DNA of 64,000 bases from Octopus sinensis (Eukaryota), in NCBI RefSeq assembly GCF_006345805.1, contig NC_043006.1, forward strand, positions 102,176,001 through 102,240,000, in the 5' to 3' direction. Under the pieces are notes generated by a model that saw only the letters and a list, made by a program, of their open reading frames with translations, did no database searches and was not told the origin of the DNA. The position numbers and the translations under genes were made by a program. Shown piece by piece: positions 37,091 through 49,235 of the stretch (positions within the stretch are counted from its first letter, which is position 1; every line of letters begins with the position of its first letter).

Positions 37091-38776
37091 CTGAATAATT
37101 GTCACATATTACATTTACAGATAAATTCCTCTATTTAAATAATATCGAGATCTCTTTCATTCTTTTGTTGTCTTACCATTTCTATCAATATATGTGTGTA
37201 TCTATATATATATATATATATACATACATATACATGTTTGTGTGTGTATGGATATAAAACGTATTTATATATTTGTGTGTGTATTTCAGAGTTGTACTTG
37301 TTTGGTAAGAGACTTGATCTGAGACCATGTGTTAAAATAGTTACATTATAAAAGAGTTATTTTAGCCCTTTAAGAACAGCAAAACGGTTAAGTTCATTTT
37401 TCCATTCATTTCTTAATAGTACTCTCAGTTTTTGTTGCATTTCTGCAACCCTGGTGACTGACACAATTCCATGGCATCTGTTGAAAGTTAGATACTGGTG
37501 ACTTTTGTTGATTGATCTTTCTATTCTCTCCTATTTTGCAATTTCTTTTTTTTTCTTTGTTCTCATGTTAGCGTCTATTCTTAGTTATCAAAAACTTTAA
37601 GTATGTTAGTTTAATACATATAATTTGTGTTGGGGTTTCTTTTTGCCTTTTAAAGTTTGGCCCTGTGGATCTTCAATGTTGTTTCTGTTTGAACTTTGTC
37701 AATCTATTAAAATTGTCAGTAAACTCTTTTGTGTGCTTGGCTCCCAATAGAAATACAACTGGCAACTTTTGACACAAGAGCCTTTAGTCAATTTCAAATT
37801 CCATTCACTGTTTTTCTTTTTTTTCCATCTCGATTGTATATTTATTCAAATCATTATCATTATTCTATTTTTGTTTGCTTTTCATCAATAGTACTTATTA
37901 ATAGTATGTATATATATATTTTTTTTCCTGTGAGGGCTGGTTTTGAACAGTTTCAGTATTTACTATGTCTACTTAAATTGTCAACAATTTGTTCGTTAAT
38001 TCAACATGAATTTAACGTTTAGATTTGTGCTATATACAGATATTTCAAGCTTACTTTGAGACATCATTTACATATATGCGTAGTGTTCAATGTCCCTAAA
38101 CATTCATACTCATATTGCACACAGAAAAAAAATTACTATTAATGAATAATATTTATGCAAAATACAGTAAAGAATTAAATAAATCAAAATATAGCATAAA
38201 TACAAAGAGAAAACTGAGAACTGAAATCTATCTGAAAGTGACTGAAGGCGCATGTGTCAGAAGTTCAAATAACAACAATACAGCAAACTCATAGATCGAA
38301 TGTTTAACAAGAAAAAAAAGGTAATGAATGCATGAAACAATAAAATAACCAACATATATATAAATATATATGAAATTGGTGTGTTTAAAGTTGAAGGTAA
38401 GAAAGAACAGAATCACTCAGAAGATACAAAAGGAAAAAGAGAAAAACAGAATTTTCTTTTTCTTTTTGTAAAGTCAAAGAAAGAAAAAGAACAGAATCAT
38501 TGACCCCTCTTCCTTTTCTGTATTCTTTGTTTATCATAGAAAGACTCAAATTCATCTTCCTCTTGTAGTTTTTCTTGCCATACACAACAGATGCAACAGA
38601 ACTGTGTCAGTGACCAGGTTCCAAAAGTACAACAAATGCTTTTGGCATAATCAACTGCATGATTAAGAAATAAGCAAAGAATTTTCTTTTTTGATTTCCT
38701 AATAATACAGTTTATTAGCTATTTTTGTATGCTTGTAAATGGTTAAAATGACTTAACCTCTTCCCATGTGTATGCT

Positions 38777-38810
<34 letters not shown>

Positions 38811-39129
38811 ACACACACACACACATGACCTGACATTTCCCAGTTTAATATGTAAAATAAATATAATCATATGAATTCACTGTATTTTGATTAAATTGCT
38901 TTGAAAAGATATTGAAAATTTTCAAATGGTCTGAGAGGACTGTTACACTCAGAATTGTTGCATTCAAGCAATTCAGAAGAGGGTTTATGTCAGGATTTAT
39001 AAAAATGCACAAAAAAAGGAAACAAATATAGAACTGAGTGGAGATTTTAACTTTTACATTTAAAACAAAATTCTGGATAAGCACACTTAAAAAAAAGTGT
39101 ACTAAATTAATTACCTAACTCTCTCTCTT

Positions 39130-39530
39130 AGCTGTAAGATGGGCAACAAGTCTTCTCCAGACACCCTCATTGCTCACCTTCATCCTGATTCCACTCGGGC
39201 CAATGCCCATTGCTCTCATGTCATCCCAGAATATACTGTACTACGTTTCCTCAATCTTTGTCTTTCAGTCATTTTCCTCCTTCCAGCATCCACTCCATCA
39301 GGATGGTAACACGTCTCTCCATCTAGTAATCAAAGCACATGGCCAGTAATCCATATTTGTCACTTGGTCACCCTGTCCTGCAAACTTCTCATGCCAGCTC
39401 TTCTGATCACCTGTTTGTTTCTCAGTCAGTCCCAATAAGAGATGCCCAGGGCTGAACATAGTCAACATCAATGGAATACATCAAGCAATTAAGAGATTTT
39501 TGCTGCCTTTCCAGGTTTCACAAGTGTAGA
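39130..39530 (-). mobile_element. RTE-type LINE 3-prime end, degenerate
   Basis: Minus strand remnants resembling W.GHV...G.R...R....W.DDMRAMG....VWRRLV, the C-terminal pattern of RTE ORFs. Confidence 0.45.
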
Positions 39531-39643
39531 TGGTTGTTGGTATAACAGTAGATGAGTATAGCTGCAGTTTTATCTTCTTACTGATATATTTACTCTAAAG
39601 ATATTATTTTTCTAATCAATAAATTTTTACAATTCATATTGTG

Positions 39644-39814
39644 TGCTTGGGGTTATATTCATTAGTCAAAAGGAACAAATTTCACAAAAGGTTGCATAGT
39701 CTATGACCTTAAAAACATATGCGCTTATGCTTTGGGTTATATGCATTAGTCAAAAGGAACAAATTTCACAAAAGGTTGCATAGTCTATGACCTTAAAAAC
39801 ATATGCCCTTATGC
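39644..39814 (+). repeat. 84-bp near-perfect tandem duplication, possibly inside a Helitron-like 5-prime fragment
   Basis: ATTAGTCAAAAGGAACAAATTTCACAAAAGGTTGCATAGTCTATGACCTTAAAAACATATGC at 39661 and 39745. Confidence 0.9.
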
Positions 39815-40278
39815 AAAATTTCAGCATTGTACATGAAAAACTAGAGCCTACAACTTTAAACATACATTTACTTTTGTATATTAAAATATGCATGTGTGTG
39901 TGTATACACACTTACATACATATATGTATATATATACAAACTTTTCACCCTTCAAAAGATCCGGTAACACTTTTGTTGGTCTGTTTTAGCATATCTCCTA
40001 TTTTTCCGGAATGTTATCAGACTTTTTGCTGTCTTCTCTCCTCTATGTGCTATTGTTTATCTGTTACTTTTTCTTGTTATTTCCTTTGCCAGACATCAAC
40101 ATGTCACTTCAGTTTTACCTCTTCCTCTTCTGTATTCTTTGTTTATCATAGAAAGACTCAAATTCATCTTCCTCTTGCAGTTTTTCTTGTATTTGTCTTG
40201 TTTCACTGTTTCATTCTAAATTGTACTTTTACATTGTCTTTCAGCAAGCATTTTTCCTGCCTTTTTATTATTATTATT

Positions 40279-42360
40279 ACTAACACATGACCCGTCATTA
40301 AGGAAAAACATTTCAACTTAATTCAGCTATTGTTTGAGAAATACACAAAAGATATAAGTTGATAATATATTTCCATATTCTTATTTATGCAAATACTTTA
40401 CAAAATCAGTAATAAAATAACAATGAAAATATTAAGTTCCCTTTCTTGATAATTTTCTAATAAATTCATCATTTGACATGTATGCTTAAAATTTTCGCAA
40501 ACGACGTTAATTGTGATTAAATTTTCAAAGCTTGTCGCTTCTGCTTTATGCTGAAGTAATAAGCTAAGATAAAATAGCTCCCCTTGCAATGGATGTACTG
40601 TGTACACTCTGCCAATAGCTTCTGGAATATCGTCACTTTGTCTAACTCTTCCCTCCAACTTTTATTATTGTTACACCGATTATGTTGTGGAAAGTCAGAA
40701 TAGAGGATATCTTTTGCTAGGGGATCTTCATTCATTTTGAAATATGCTGTCAATTTGGTCGATCTATTTTTTGCTAAAGCTTCTTGTGCATGATTCAGAT
40801 TAAACACAATCCTCTGTTGATTTGGCAAGTGTATCAGCAAGCATTCAACAGTAGGCTACCTTTGCTGAATCAGAAACTCAAATAATCTCCAGCAAACCTC
40901 TGACACTCCAATATAGCGGCAATTTTCATAATTCAAAATTTCATCCATTTGAATTTTCTTCTCAACATTAAGATGCACGTTGCATGGTCAACACCTTTGA
41001 AAATGTATTTGTAAAGATACTTCACAGCTTTAATAGATGTACACCATTCAAGATTAATATGCCCCTTGTACTTCTGCAACAATCAAGCATTATAAGGAAC
41101 TACATAATGGTTACCAACAACAATTTCTCTATTTCCAATATGTATTGAAGCAGTTTTGGCGACTGTATTGTAGATAAGAATCATTTCCAATTAAGGTTTG
41201 TGATCTGTAATCTTTTGGATATCTTTTACTGCAAACACTATTCATCGTGCAGGGAGAATTTAGATTATCTTTTCCCCAGGGTCCATGTATCATGTGTTTC
41301 TTCACCAAAGAATAAAGATGTGATGTTAATGGGTTTTCAAGACTAGGAAATTCAGCTGTAACAATTTTATCAATTTCTTGCCGTGTGTTGTAATGATTTT
41401 GTATTATGAATAAGAAACTGCAATGAGGTAATCCTCTTTTTTGAAATTCCACTGTGGCCACATGAGCAATACGTTTCTCAAGGCCTCTTGATCTGATATC
41501 GTGCAATTGTTGCAGATATCAAAGCAGAATGAATTTTTCGAAATATTTTAAATCGAAGGCTTGGTTCGCATTGTTAAAAGGCATTCTTTCCGTTCGTCAT
41601 CTTATTTGTTCTTCATGATCATAGAAATATTTTTGTAAGGTGGACAGGACTGTTCCTGTTTGGTTTCTAGGAGCTCCAATAAATCTATAAAGAATTCCAT
41701 GTTTACTGTAATTTGTAATTCTTCTCAGTATTGAAGTGTCATCTACTTTCATAGAACACATTGTCATTGCACTGTTGACCCTTCAAATATTACATTTGAA
41801 ATATTTTGCTTCAGGAGTATCAGAAAGAAAGAGATCAGCAAGTTCGTTTGGTAACTCAGGGATATTTTCAGTTTTTACCATTCCTGATTTACAGCAAATA
41901 CCAAAACTGGAATTGTTCGTTGATCCTCCTGTACGCTCTCCAATAAACACCAAAGCATTGCAGCAGTGGCAACGCACTTCCATGAGGCCGCAATTGTGGC
42001 GAGCAACATCAACGGGAACCTGTAGAAGTCCATCTATATCATATTGTCAAGCTATAAGAGTTACCCTATTATTGATTTGCCGATATCTTTTATGTCGTGC
42101 TGCATTTTGTTCTAAAATCTGCTCATGTGGTTCTTGTGACAGTTGTTGTCTTGCATTTCTATGCTGAGCAACATCTTGTTCTAAAATCTGCTTTCTTCCC
42201 TCCTGTGACGGCGCTAAATGGGGCTGATGCTGTTTTTCTGTGTTCTGTTTACATTGCTCTTCCTTCTGTTCCTGAGTTTGCCTCAATCTTCATAATTGCT
42301 GACTCAAACATTTTGCAGTTCTTCTATAATTGGACCATTCCTTTTCCGTGGACAAATCTT
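40279..42360 (-). mobile_element. Helitron RepHel pseudogene, internally deleted, helicase absent
   Basis: N-terminal RQTQEQKEEQ repeats; CHCCNALVF.GE...CCKSGMV Zn-finger-like motif; Rep motif VEFQKRGLPH; HMIHGP.G.....PC....CSKRYPK; HLPNQQRIVF; IGRVYTVHPLQGELFYL.LLL. Probable 3-prime end GACGGGTCATGTGTTAG|T near 40279. Confidence 0.9.
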
Positions 42361-42551
42361 AATTAAATACTTATTAATTAAATAGAATAGTATGAAAATA
42401 AAAACATAATAGTGAGACAGCCGATTGTATTATGATGACAATATTGGTATCTTATTTACACAGCTTGAGGTATAAAAATAACCCAACTTTCTCACAACCA
42501 TTCACATACATACTTACACACACACACACATACATGAGCACATGCACGCAT

Positions 42552-42606
<55 letters not shown>

Positions 42607-42972
42607 TGAGCACATGCACGCACACACACACATACATGTTGTTTTTATCTGAGACTCACAAATACGAATGAATGAAAGAAGAACATTAAAAAGTATAACG
42701 AATACGTTGACAAAGCTATTGAAATGGTACCCACATGTCACGGTAAATATTAAGAATTACACCAACTCCTGAAAACACTTTTGAATCACTATTTTCATGA
42801 AGCATTAGAGTAAAAGCTGTTTTAGACATTTTACATCGGCAAGCATGATAGGAAAGCGAATTCAAACAGAGATTACATGGCAGCATGAGGCATCTATTTA
42901 ATTCATTTTCCATTTTCCTTAACACCAGCAGCTTAACAATCTGCAGCAGCTTGTCTTTCTGTCTGTCTATCT

Positions 42973-43025
<53 letters not shown>

Positions 43026-44001
43026 TCCTCAATATATCTTTCTTTCACTCTCTATTTAATTCACCTTCTCTTTTCCTCTATCTAATTACGGAAGGCTTTA
43101 GACAAACGGAACAAAACGGACGTACATGGCTGTCACTATTGCAAGGATTGAATAATTTGGTGTGTGACTTATCGATGTACACAATGAGTTTATTTGCTGT
43201 AGGTGCCGGGAAGACACTCAGCAAGAACTTAAAACAAACTTGAAGGAAGAAAAGGAATATTATCGTTGTTTTTTCTTCTATGTATGATATTTTCTATTTT
43301 TATCATTATCAAAGCAAATATTTCATTCAAAATGATGGATTATGTTTCAGTTACAATTTATGATATGAAATAAAATTTCAAAACAGTGAAAGAAGGAAAA
43401 AAATTCAGTTTCATTTTGATGACAAATGCTGTTTCATACATACAAACATGCACACACACACACACACACACATATCAGCGTTCAGTATTCTCTTACATTT
43501 CCATTGTACACATGCACACACAATCACATACATTCCTTTTACATATGCATATGTTCTCTCTCTTTGTGTGTCTCTCTTTCTCCCCCTCTTTCTCTAACTC
43601 TACTATTGTTTTTTTCTCTCTCTTTATCATCCCTTCCTTCATTATTGATATGTTGTGACGAACTGATGCTCCTCCTCAGTATCCCTTTCATTCTTTCCTT
43701 CATTCTTTATTTCCTTCGTTCTTTTTTTTATTTCCCTTTCTATTCCATTCGCCTTCTCTTTTGCTCTACCTAATTACTGATAGCTTCTGACAGACAGATG
43801 GACGCAGCTGTCATTATATTAAAGGATTTATACTTATCAAGTATCCCAGCAGCTTCAAAAAAAGCTATTTCAGCCACTGGATTGAGCACTTCTATCTGAA
43901 GGTGCTGAAATTGCCATGATATCCAGTTGCCAGCTGACGAGGGGACTTTATTTTTTTGTGTCCTTGTTTTTACATGTTTGCATTTCTAATCCATTTCTGC
44001 T

Positions 44002-44045
<44 letters not shown>

Positions 44046-44761
44046 GTGTATGTGTGTGTGTGTGTGTGTGTGTATATAAGATTTGTTTTGTCTGAGAAGT
44101 TCCACTTGATGTCTTGTTGAACCAGTCTGGTTAAATAGACAGTGAGATGGAACTTATTATACCAGTCAAAACAAACTTTATAATAAATTTGAATCTATTG
44201 AACATCTTTCATCAGTAAATGGTTTGTTGTTATTCCTAAATTTCTCTAGAAAGATTATTAACATTTATCTGTATATTCATATATGTATGCTTATATGTGC
44301 ACGCACACACACACACACACACTCACACATTTTCGTGTGTGTTTGTGTGTGTTCATTTTCTTCCACAAAATGCCTATGTTGAAATGCAACTGAAATTATG
44401 TCTAGAACTTCGGCCTTCTTCACCATTTCCCCTCCCCATTTCTCTCTTCCACCTCTCTCTCTCTCTCTCCCCATCTCTCTCTTTTTCTTTCTCCCTCATA
44501 TATGTATGTGAGCATTATTCAGAATTGAAAAAATACAGTATTGTGCTCTCTCCTTATTTGAATAGTCTCTGCATTATTAATCAGGACCTGTGGGTTTGTA
44601 TATGCATATGTGTGCACATAAATGCATTCTTATACATAATGTGTTCCCGTCTTTCTTATTTCTACATTGTCTTTCATTCAGGGATTGTTGCCTTTATTTC
44701 TCAGTAAATACCACTATTAATGAGTTTAACATTTTTCCATCTCATTTTTCTGTTTCTCCCC

Positions 44762-44810
<49 letters not shown>

Positions 44811-46089
44811 TCAGTTGGTATTCTTATGTAGCTCAAGTTATGAATAAATGAAAAGTATTCTAAAAAGAGGTAACTTAAGCCAATCTCTCCAGTATTTGAC
44901 CGTAACCCTAGCAGCTTCTTATTATTCATGGATCGAGCTATTTCAACAGTTCAATAAATACTGGAGGTGTTTGGACAGGTCAGCTATGACCAGTAACTCT
45001 ATGCTTCTCTTTCTTTCTTTGTTTAGTTGTCTTGTATTTTATTTTTCTTCTTTTCATCTTATTTTGGAAGACAGACAAGGGTTGCTAATGGCTTTTAAAT
45101 GATTGTTCTCTCTGCTAAATTCTGCATCTTGGCAGTTCTAATTGAAATGTTGTTACTTATAAGTAGATAGGTGGGATGGCTATTACAAACTGGCCATCAT
45201 CCAGTGGCACCGATTGCCAAATTTGGAATCAGTTACTTTGAATGTAACATACATGCCGATGAATATACAAGACTTAAAGAAATCATTTCTCTCCTATACC
45301 TTCTTCTTTTTCTTTTTCTTTCTCTCTTTCTCTTTCTCCACCCTTCTCTCTTTCACACACACCCATATCTTTCACCTCCTACTCAATCATCTTCTATTCA
45401 ACTTAATTCATAATTTGTTTGATGATGTAAATTTACCTTTGGTTGTAAATAATTCCGTATTCTAACAACCTGTAGCTGAGATATTTTTAAATCTTAATTA
45501 ATCTAATAGAATATCATTAGAATTCAATTTTCTTTAGTTTCAGCCACAACTAAGTATAAAATAAGAAAAGTCCTCAAGAATCTGTAAACTTTTAGATTAT
45601 TTTTAGTTTGTTTTTTTTTTTTAAATATCTATATCTACTTACCTATCTGTCTGATTACATTGGGTAACACAAACTTTGCTTCTTGGAATGTTCTTAATGC
45701 TTCTAAGGTAATATTTTCTCCTGATTTCAAAACTAACCTTGAAAATTGCATAGCATCGACATTTTAGGAGATAATTGTGGTTTTCTAGAGAATGGGAACA
45801 AAATTTAGCTGCAGTAGTACTTTATTTAATTTATTCACATTATACATTAATAGGAACTAAAAATATTTTGTACTAATATCTATTTTTAAATTAATGAGAA
45901 ATGTAAGAAAACCTTTGATGGGATTATAAGATCTTACTAGAAGTGCACCGAAGACTGTGCTCCCCTACTGTGAGCCCCTATGTCTGTATGCACCAATGAC
46001 CATATATAGTCCCATATATAATTCCAAAATTTATGTTTATTAACTGAATGAATCTAATAAAAGCATCTAAAGATGAAACATCATGAAAA

Positions 46090-46298
46090 TAATGGTAGAT
46101 GGAAACTGAAAGAAGCCCAATGTATATATATGTATGTATGTATATATTCATGTGTGTGTGTCTTTGTGTCTGTGTTTCTCTCCTCACCATCACTTGATGA
46201 ATGATATTGTTGTGTTTATATCCATGTAATTTAGCGCTTTGGTAAAAGAGACCAATAGAATAAGTACTAGGCTTACAAAGAATAAGTCCTGGGGTCGA
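46090..46298 (+). mobile_element. Family A SINE fragment
   Basis: GGTAGATGGAAACTGAAAGAAGCCC...ATAGAATAAGTACTAGGCTTACAAAGAATAAGTCCTGGGGTCGA. Confidence 0.75.
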
Positions 46299-46689
46299 AA
46301 CCCCCTAAAAGAATAAACAGAATGTAGCCTTAGAGCCAGAAGAAGACAATCCTGCAGTATTATGAAAATTATTAAACAATTAAATAGCACTCTGGGAATA
46401 GAACCATTCACATTTGACACAATAAGGCAGCAACAACATTTATTAATAGTGTTTTCTGACTTAGACGTAAGGTTGCAGTTTTGAAGGTAGGATATTAGTC
46501 AATACTATTGACCTCCAGTACTTTGTTACTCACAAGGAGATGAAAGCAAAGTTGACCTTGGCTGTGTTTAAACTCAAAGTGTAAAGCCAGAAACAACAAC
46601 AATAATAATAATGTGTATGTATATGTGTGTGTGTATCTCATTGTCTTGACATTGTGTGAATGTTGTAAATGAACATCATCATCATTCAA

Positions 46690-46866
46690 GTAGTGTCATC
46701 TGTCTCCAAATGAGGAAGTGTTGCCTTTCTTGGAAACTGGTGAGGATTGGTGACAGCAAAGGCATCTGACTATAGAAAACTCTTCTTCACTGAATTCTAT
46801 CTGATCCATGCAAACATGGAAAAGTGGATGTTAAAACAATAACTATGATGATGATGATGATGATGA
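46690..46866 (+). mobile_element. Degenerate family B-like SINE 3-prime part
   Basis: AAAGGCATCTGACTATAGAAAAC...CCATGCAAACATGGAAAAGTGGATGTTAAAAC-(GAT)n. Confidence 0.55.
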
Positions 46867-48114
46867 ACACTAAAAAGTATTTAATTTTGAGTGACATAAA
46901 TTTAGGTGAGAGAGGAATTCAGAAATACTTGGTGTTGCTACTATAAGCAGCATAAATGTAATTAAAGGTGAGAGCTGTTCATTAAAACATTGACAGGTTT
47001 AAATACTGAATCATTCTTTACAAAGATACTTCATTGTTTTCTCTTCAATTATTTGCTTCTCGGAAATTTTCCCAAGGATATTCTTTTCTGTTAAAGACCT
47101 TTGAAAAGGGGCACTTTCTTTCTATGGTGTACGGAAATATAAATACCTAGAAATTGCTACATAAAGAGAATCTCTTTAGATTGTGGCAAATTAGAATTCC
47201 CTTGCATAAAATCTTAGTCCAATAGCTTATTTGAATAGTCTTGATGTACCTGTCAGCTTCGCTTTATCAATAGGCACTGCACTGTTGGCAACAGAGGAAT
47301 TCTATCTCAGAACAAAGGACAAGCTATACAGTGTTTACCAATGAAGTATGCTACTGCATGGCAGTAAAATGTAGGTAGTTTGCAGCACATTTTGTGATAA
47401 CTGAGTTGAACAGAGTTCATTGAATCTGCACCATTAAGCTTTGGAAAAAGCTGAGTACAAGTGAGTTAAGAGTATAACACTGCATGAAAAACATTGTTCA
47501 GTGTATGTAGTGTAGACGACTATATTAGTATGGTTATGTAATGTCAATGAATAGTACTTTTTCTGTGTCTTGAAAAAATAATGTTCTTTGCTCCAGGACT
47601 GCTCCTATCAAACAGAACCGTGATAAGAAGCATTCCATCTATGATTAACCAGTTTCTCTTTTTCAGACTTAGTATATCTAGAAGTATATAATCTAATGTC
47701 TCCTTCCTTTCTTCAAGAAGGGAGATTGTAATTTAAGATATATTTTCCTGCTAATTCTAGCAGATCAAATAACTATGTAGCAGTGCTTTCAATGGTTCAT
47801 TTGGTGGAAAACCTTTGAAGGAAGACTCAGGATCAAATAGTATGATCATACAGAACTTTATTTCATTATTGTGATGTATAGGATTAAGACACACAAAAGG
47901 ATGTTGGATTATATTGCAGACTAATCCATACCAGCAAGAAGTGAATGGTTAAATGTTAAGTAGCAATTAATCTGTTACGTCTTCTTGTTTTACTTAGAGA
48001 AGGATTGTCATTAGACAATTTTTTTTTTTTGATTTTTTAGTTTATCTTAGATTGAAATATCAAAATGACTGGAAGAAGTTCTTTAATTTGATATCTAATT
48101 TGAAGTATTGTCAG

Positions 48115-48239
48115 CTAGTTTGTTGGATTTCTCAGAAGAACAGTTGTACAAAAGAACAATGCGGCAATGCAGTTCTGAAGAAGATAGAATAGACAGTAGA
48201 AGTCTAGATGATAAGTCACAGTGGGTACCAAAGAAGGGT
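48115..48239 (+). CDS. Weak candidate coding exon (SLLDFSEEQLYKRTMRQCSSEEDRIDSRSLDDKSQWVPKKG), gene unidentified
   Basis: Purine-rich open frame ending at a strong donor GGT|GTAAGT; upstream CTAAT and GTCAG acceptor with a poor polypyrimidine tract. No homology recognised. Confidence 0.25.
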
Positions 48240-48929
48240 GTAAGTCAAGTTCATTGTGATGTTTTACATTTTTGTTTTATTAATTTTTCAGTCAGAAGGG
48301 ATGGCAGTACCCATGCCTATTTTCAGGGCCTCTCAGATGGGTGAGAGGGAAGAAAGTATATGCAAACATTCAGACTTGGCTTCAATGTTTGTTATAGTGT
48401 GGATTCCATTAAAGACACCCAAGCTGTCACATTAGGTTAAGTTTACTCAAGTAAGCCACAGAGGGGTTTGAACGCAGAATGCAAAGAACTAAGCCAAACA
48501 CTGTAAGGTAACCAGTCTGACTTTCTTACAGTTCTGCTTATCCACTACTGTGAATTTAGTACTTTTACACCAACCCCGAAAAGCCGAAAGGCAAAGTTGA
48601 TTTTTGTAGAATTTAAATTCAGGGTGCAGACAGAATAAGAACTGAGGCGTTCTGTCTGATGTACTACCAATTCATTGGCTTGGTAGATTATGATATTGCT
48701 AGGGCAAATTTAAGCAATGAATGAGGTTTCATCCTAGGATATCATTTTCCCCGGTTTCTTGCTTTACGCAGGGGCTCTGGGCAAAATGCTATAGTGTATG
48801 ACTGTCTTTGGCATGTATGTAATGTGTGTTTAAAGTTTGGTGAAAATTGGTTGAAAACTGTAGAAATGCATATGTACTACACACACAGACACACAAACAC
48901 AGACATCTTTTGTTTTTTATATACAGATA

Positions 48930-48960
<31 letters not shown>

Positions 48961-48967
48961 ATAATAA

Positions 48968-49235
48968 TCGTGCACAAAGAGTGAATATGTGCTCTTCTTT
49001 GCTGTTTCGTCTCATGAATGAACATTTTTTGGACCGAATAGTGACTGGTGACAAGAAATGGGTTCTCTATACAAATGTCAAGCACTGATGACAGTGGGTA
49101 GGGAGAGGAGAAACACTGGCACCCCAGGCTAAAGAAGGTCTTCACCCACATAAAATGTTGTTTGGTGGGATATGAAAGGTTTAGTTCATTTTCAACTTTT
49201 AAACCCAAACCAAACAATAGCAAAAGAGATCTAGT
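48968..49235 (+). pseudogene. Mariner transposase fragment
   Basis: CSSLL.RL.NEHFLDRIVTGDKKWVLYTNVK...QW...AKEGLHPHK..WWDMKGLVHFQLL, with frameshifts and stops. Confidence 0.75.

Larger units (their letters stand above)
36785..37190. mobile_element. Non-coding element carrying two oppositely oriented hammerhead folds (PLE-related, non-autonomous)
   Basis: CpG-containing block between (TA)n tracts, with hammerhead folds at 36930-36977 (-) and 37017-37090 (+). Confidence 0.55.

Noticed and set aside
39787-40290. 167-aa plus-strand ORF (and 41736-42167)
   Set aside because: These are low-complexity or antisense frames over repeat and Helitron sequence, with no recognisable domain.
43203-43281. 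Acceptor followed by a GAGKT P-loop-like peptide
   Set aside because: That frame stops within about 13 codons and there is no good donor.
44887-44966. 11-bp inverted repeat CTCCAGTATTT/AAATACTGGAG as a pre-miRNA
   Set aside because: The 58-nt interior pairs poorly, and a short AT-rich match is expected by chance in 64 kb.
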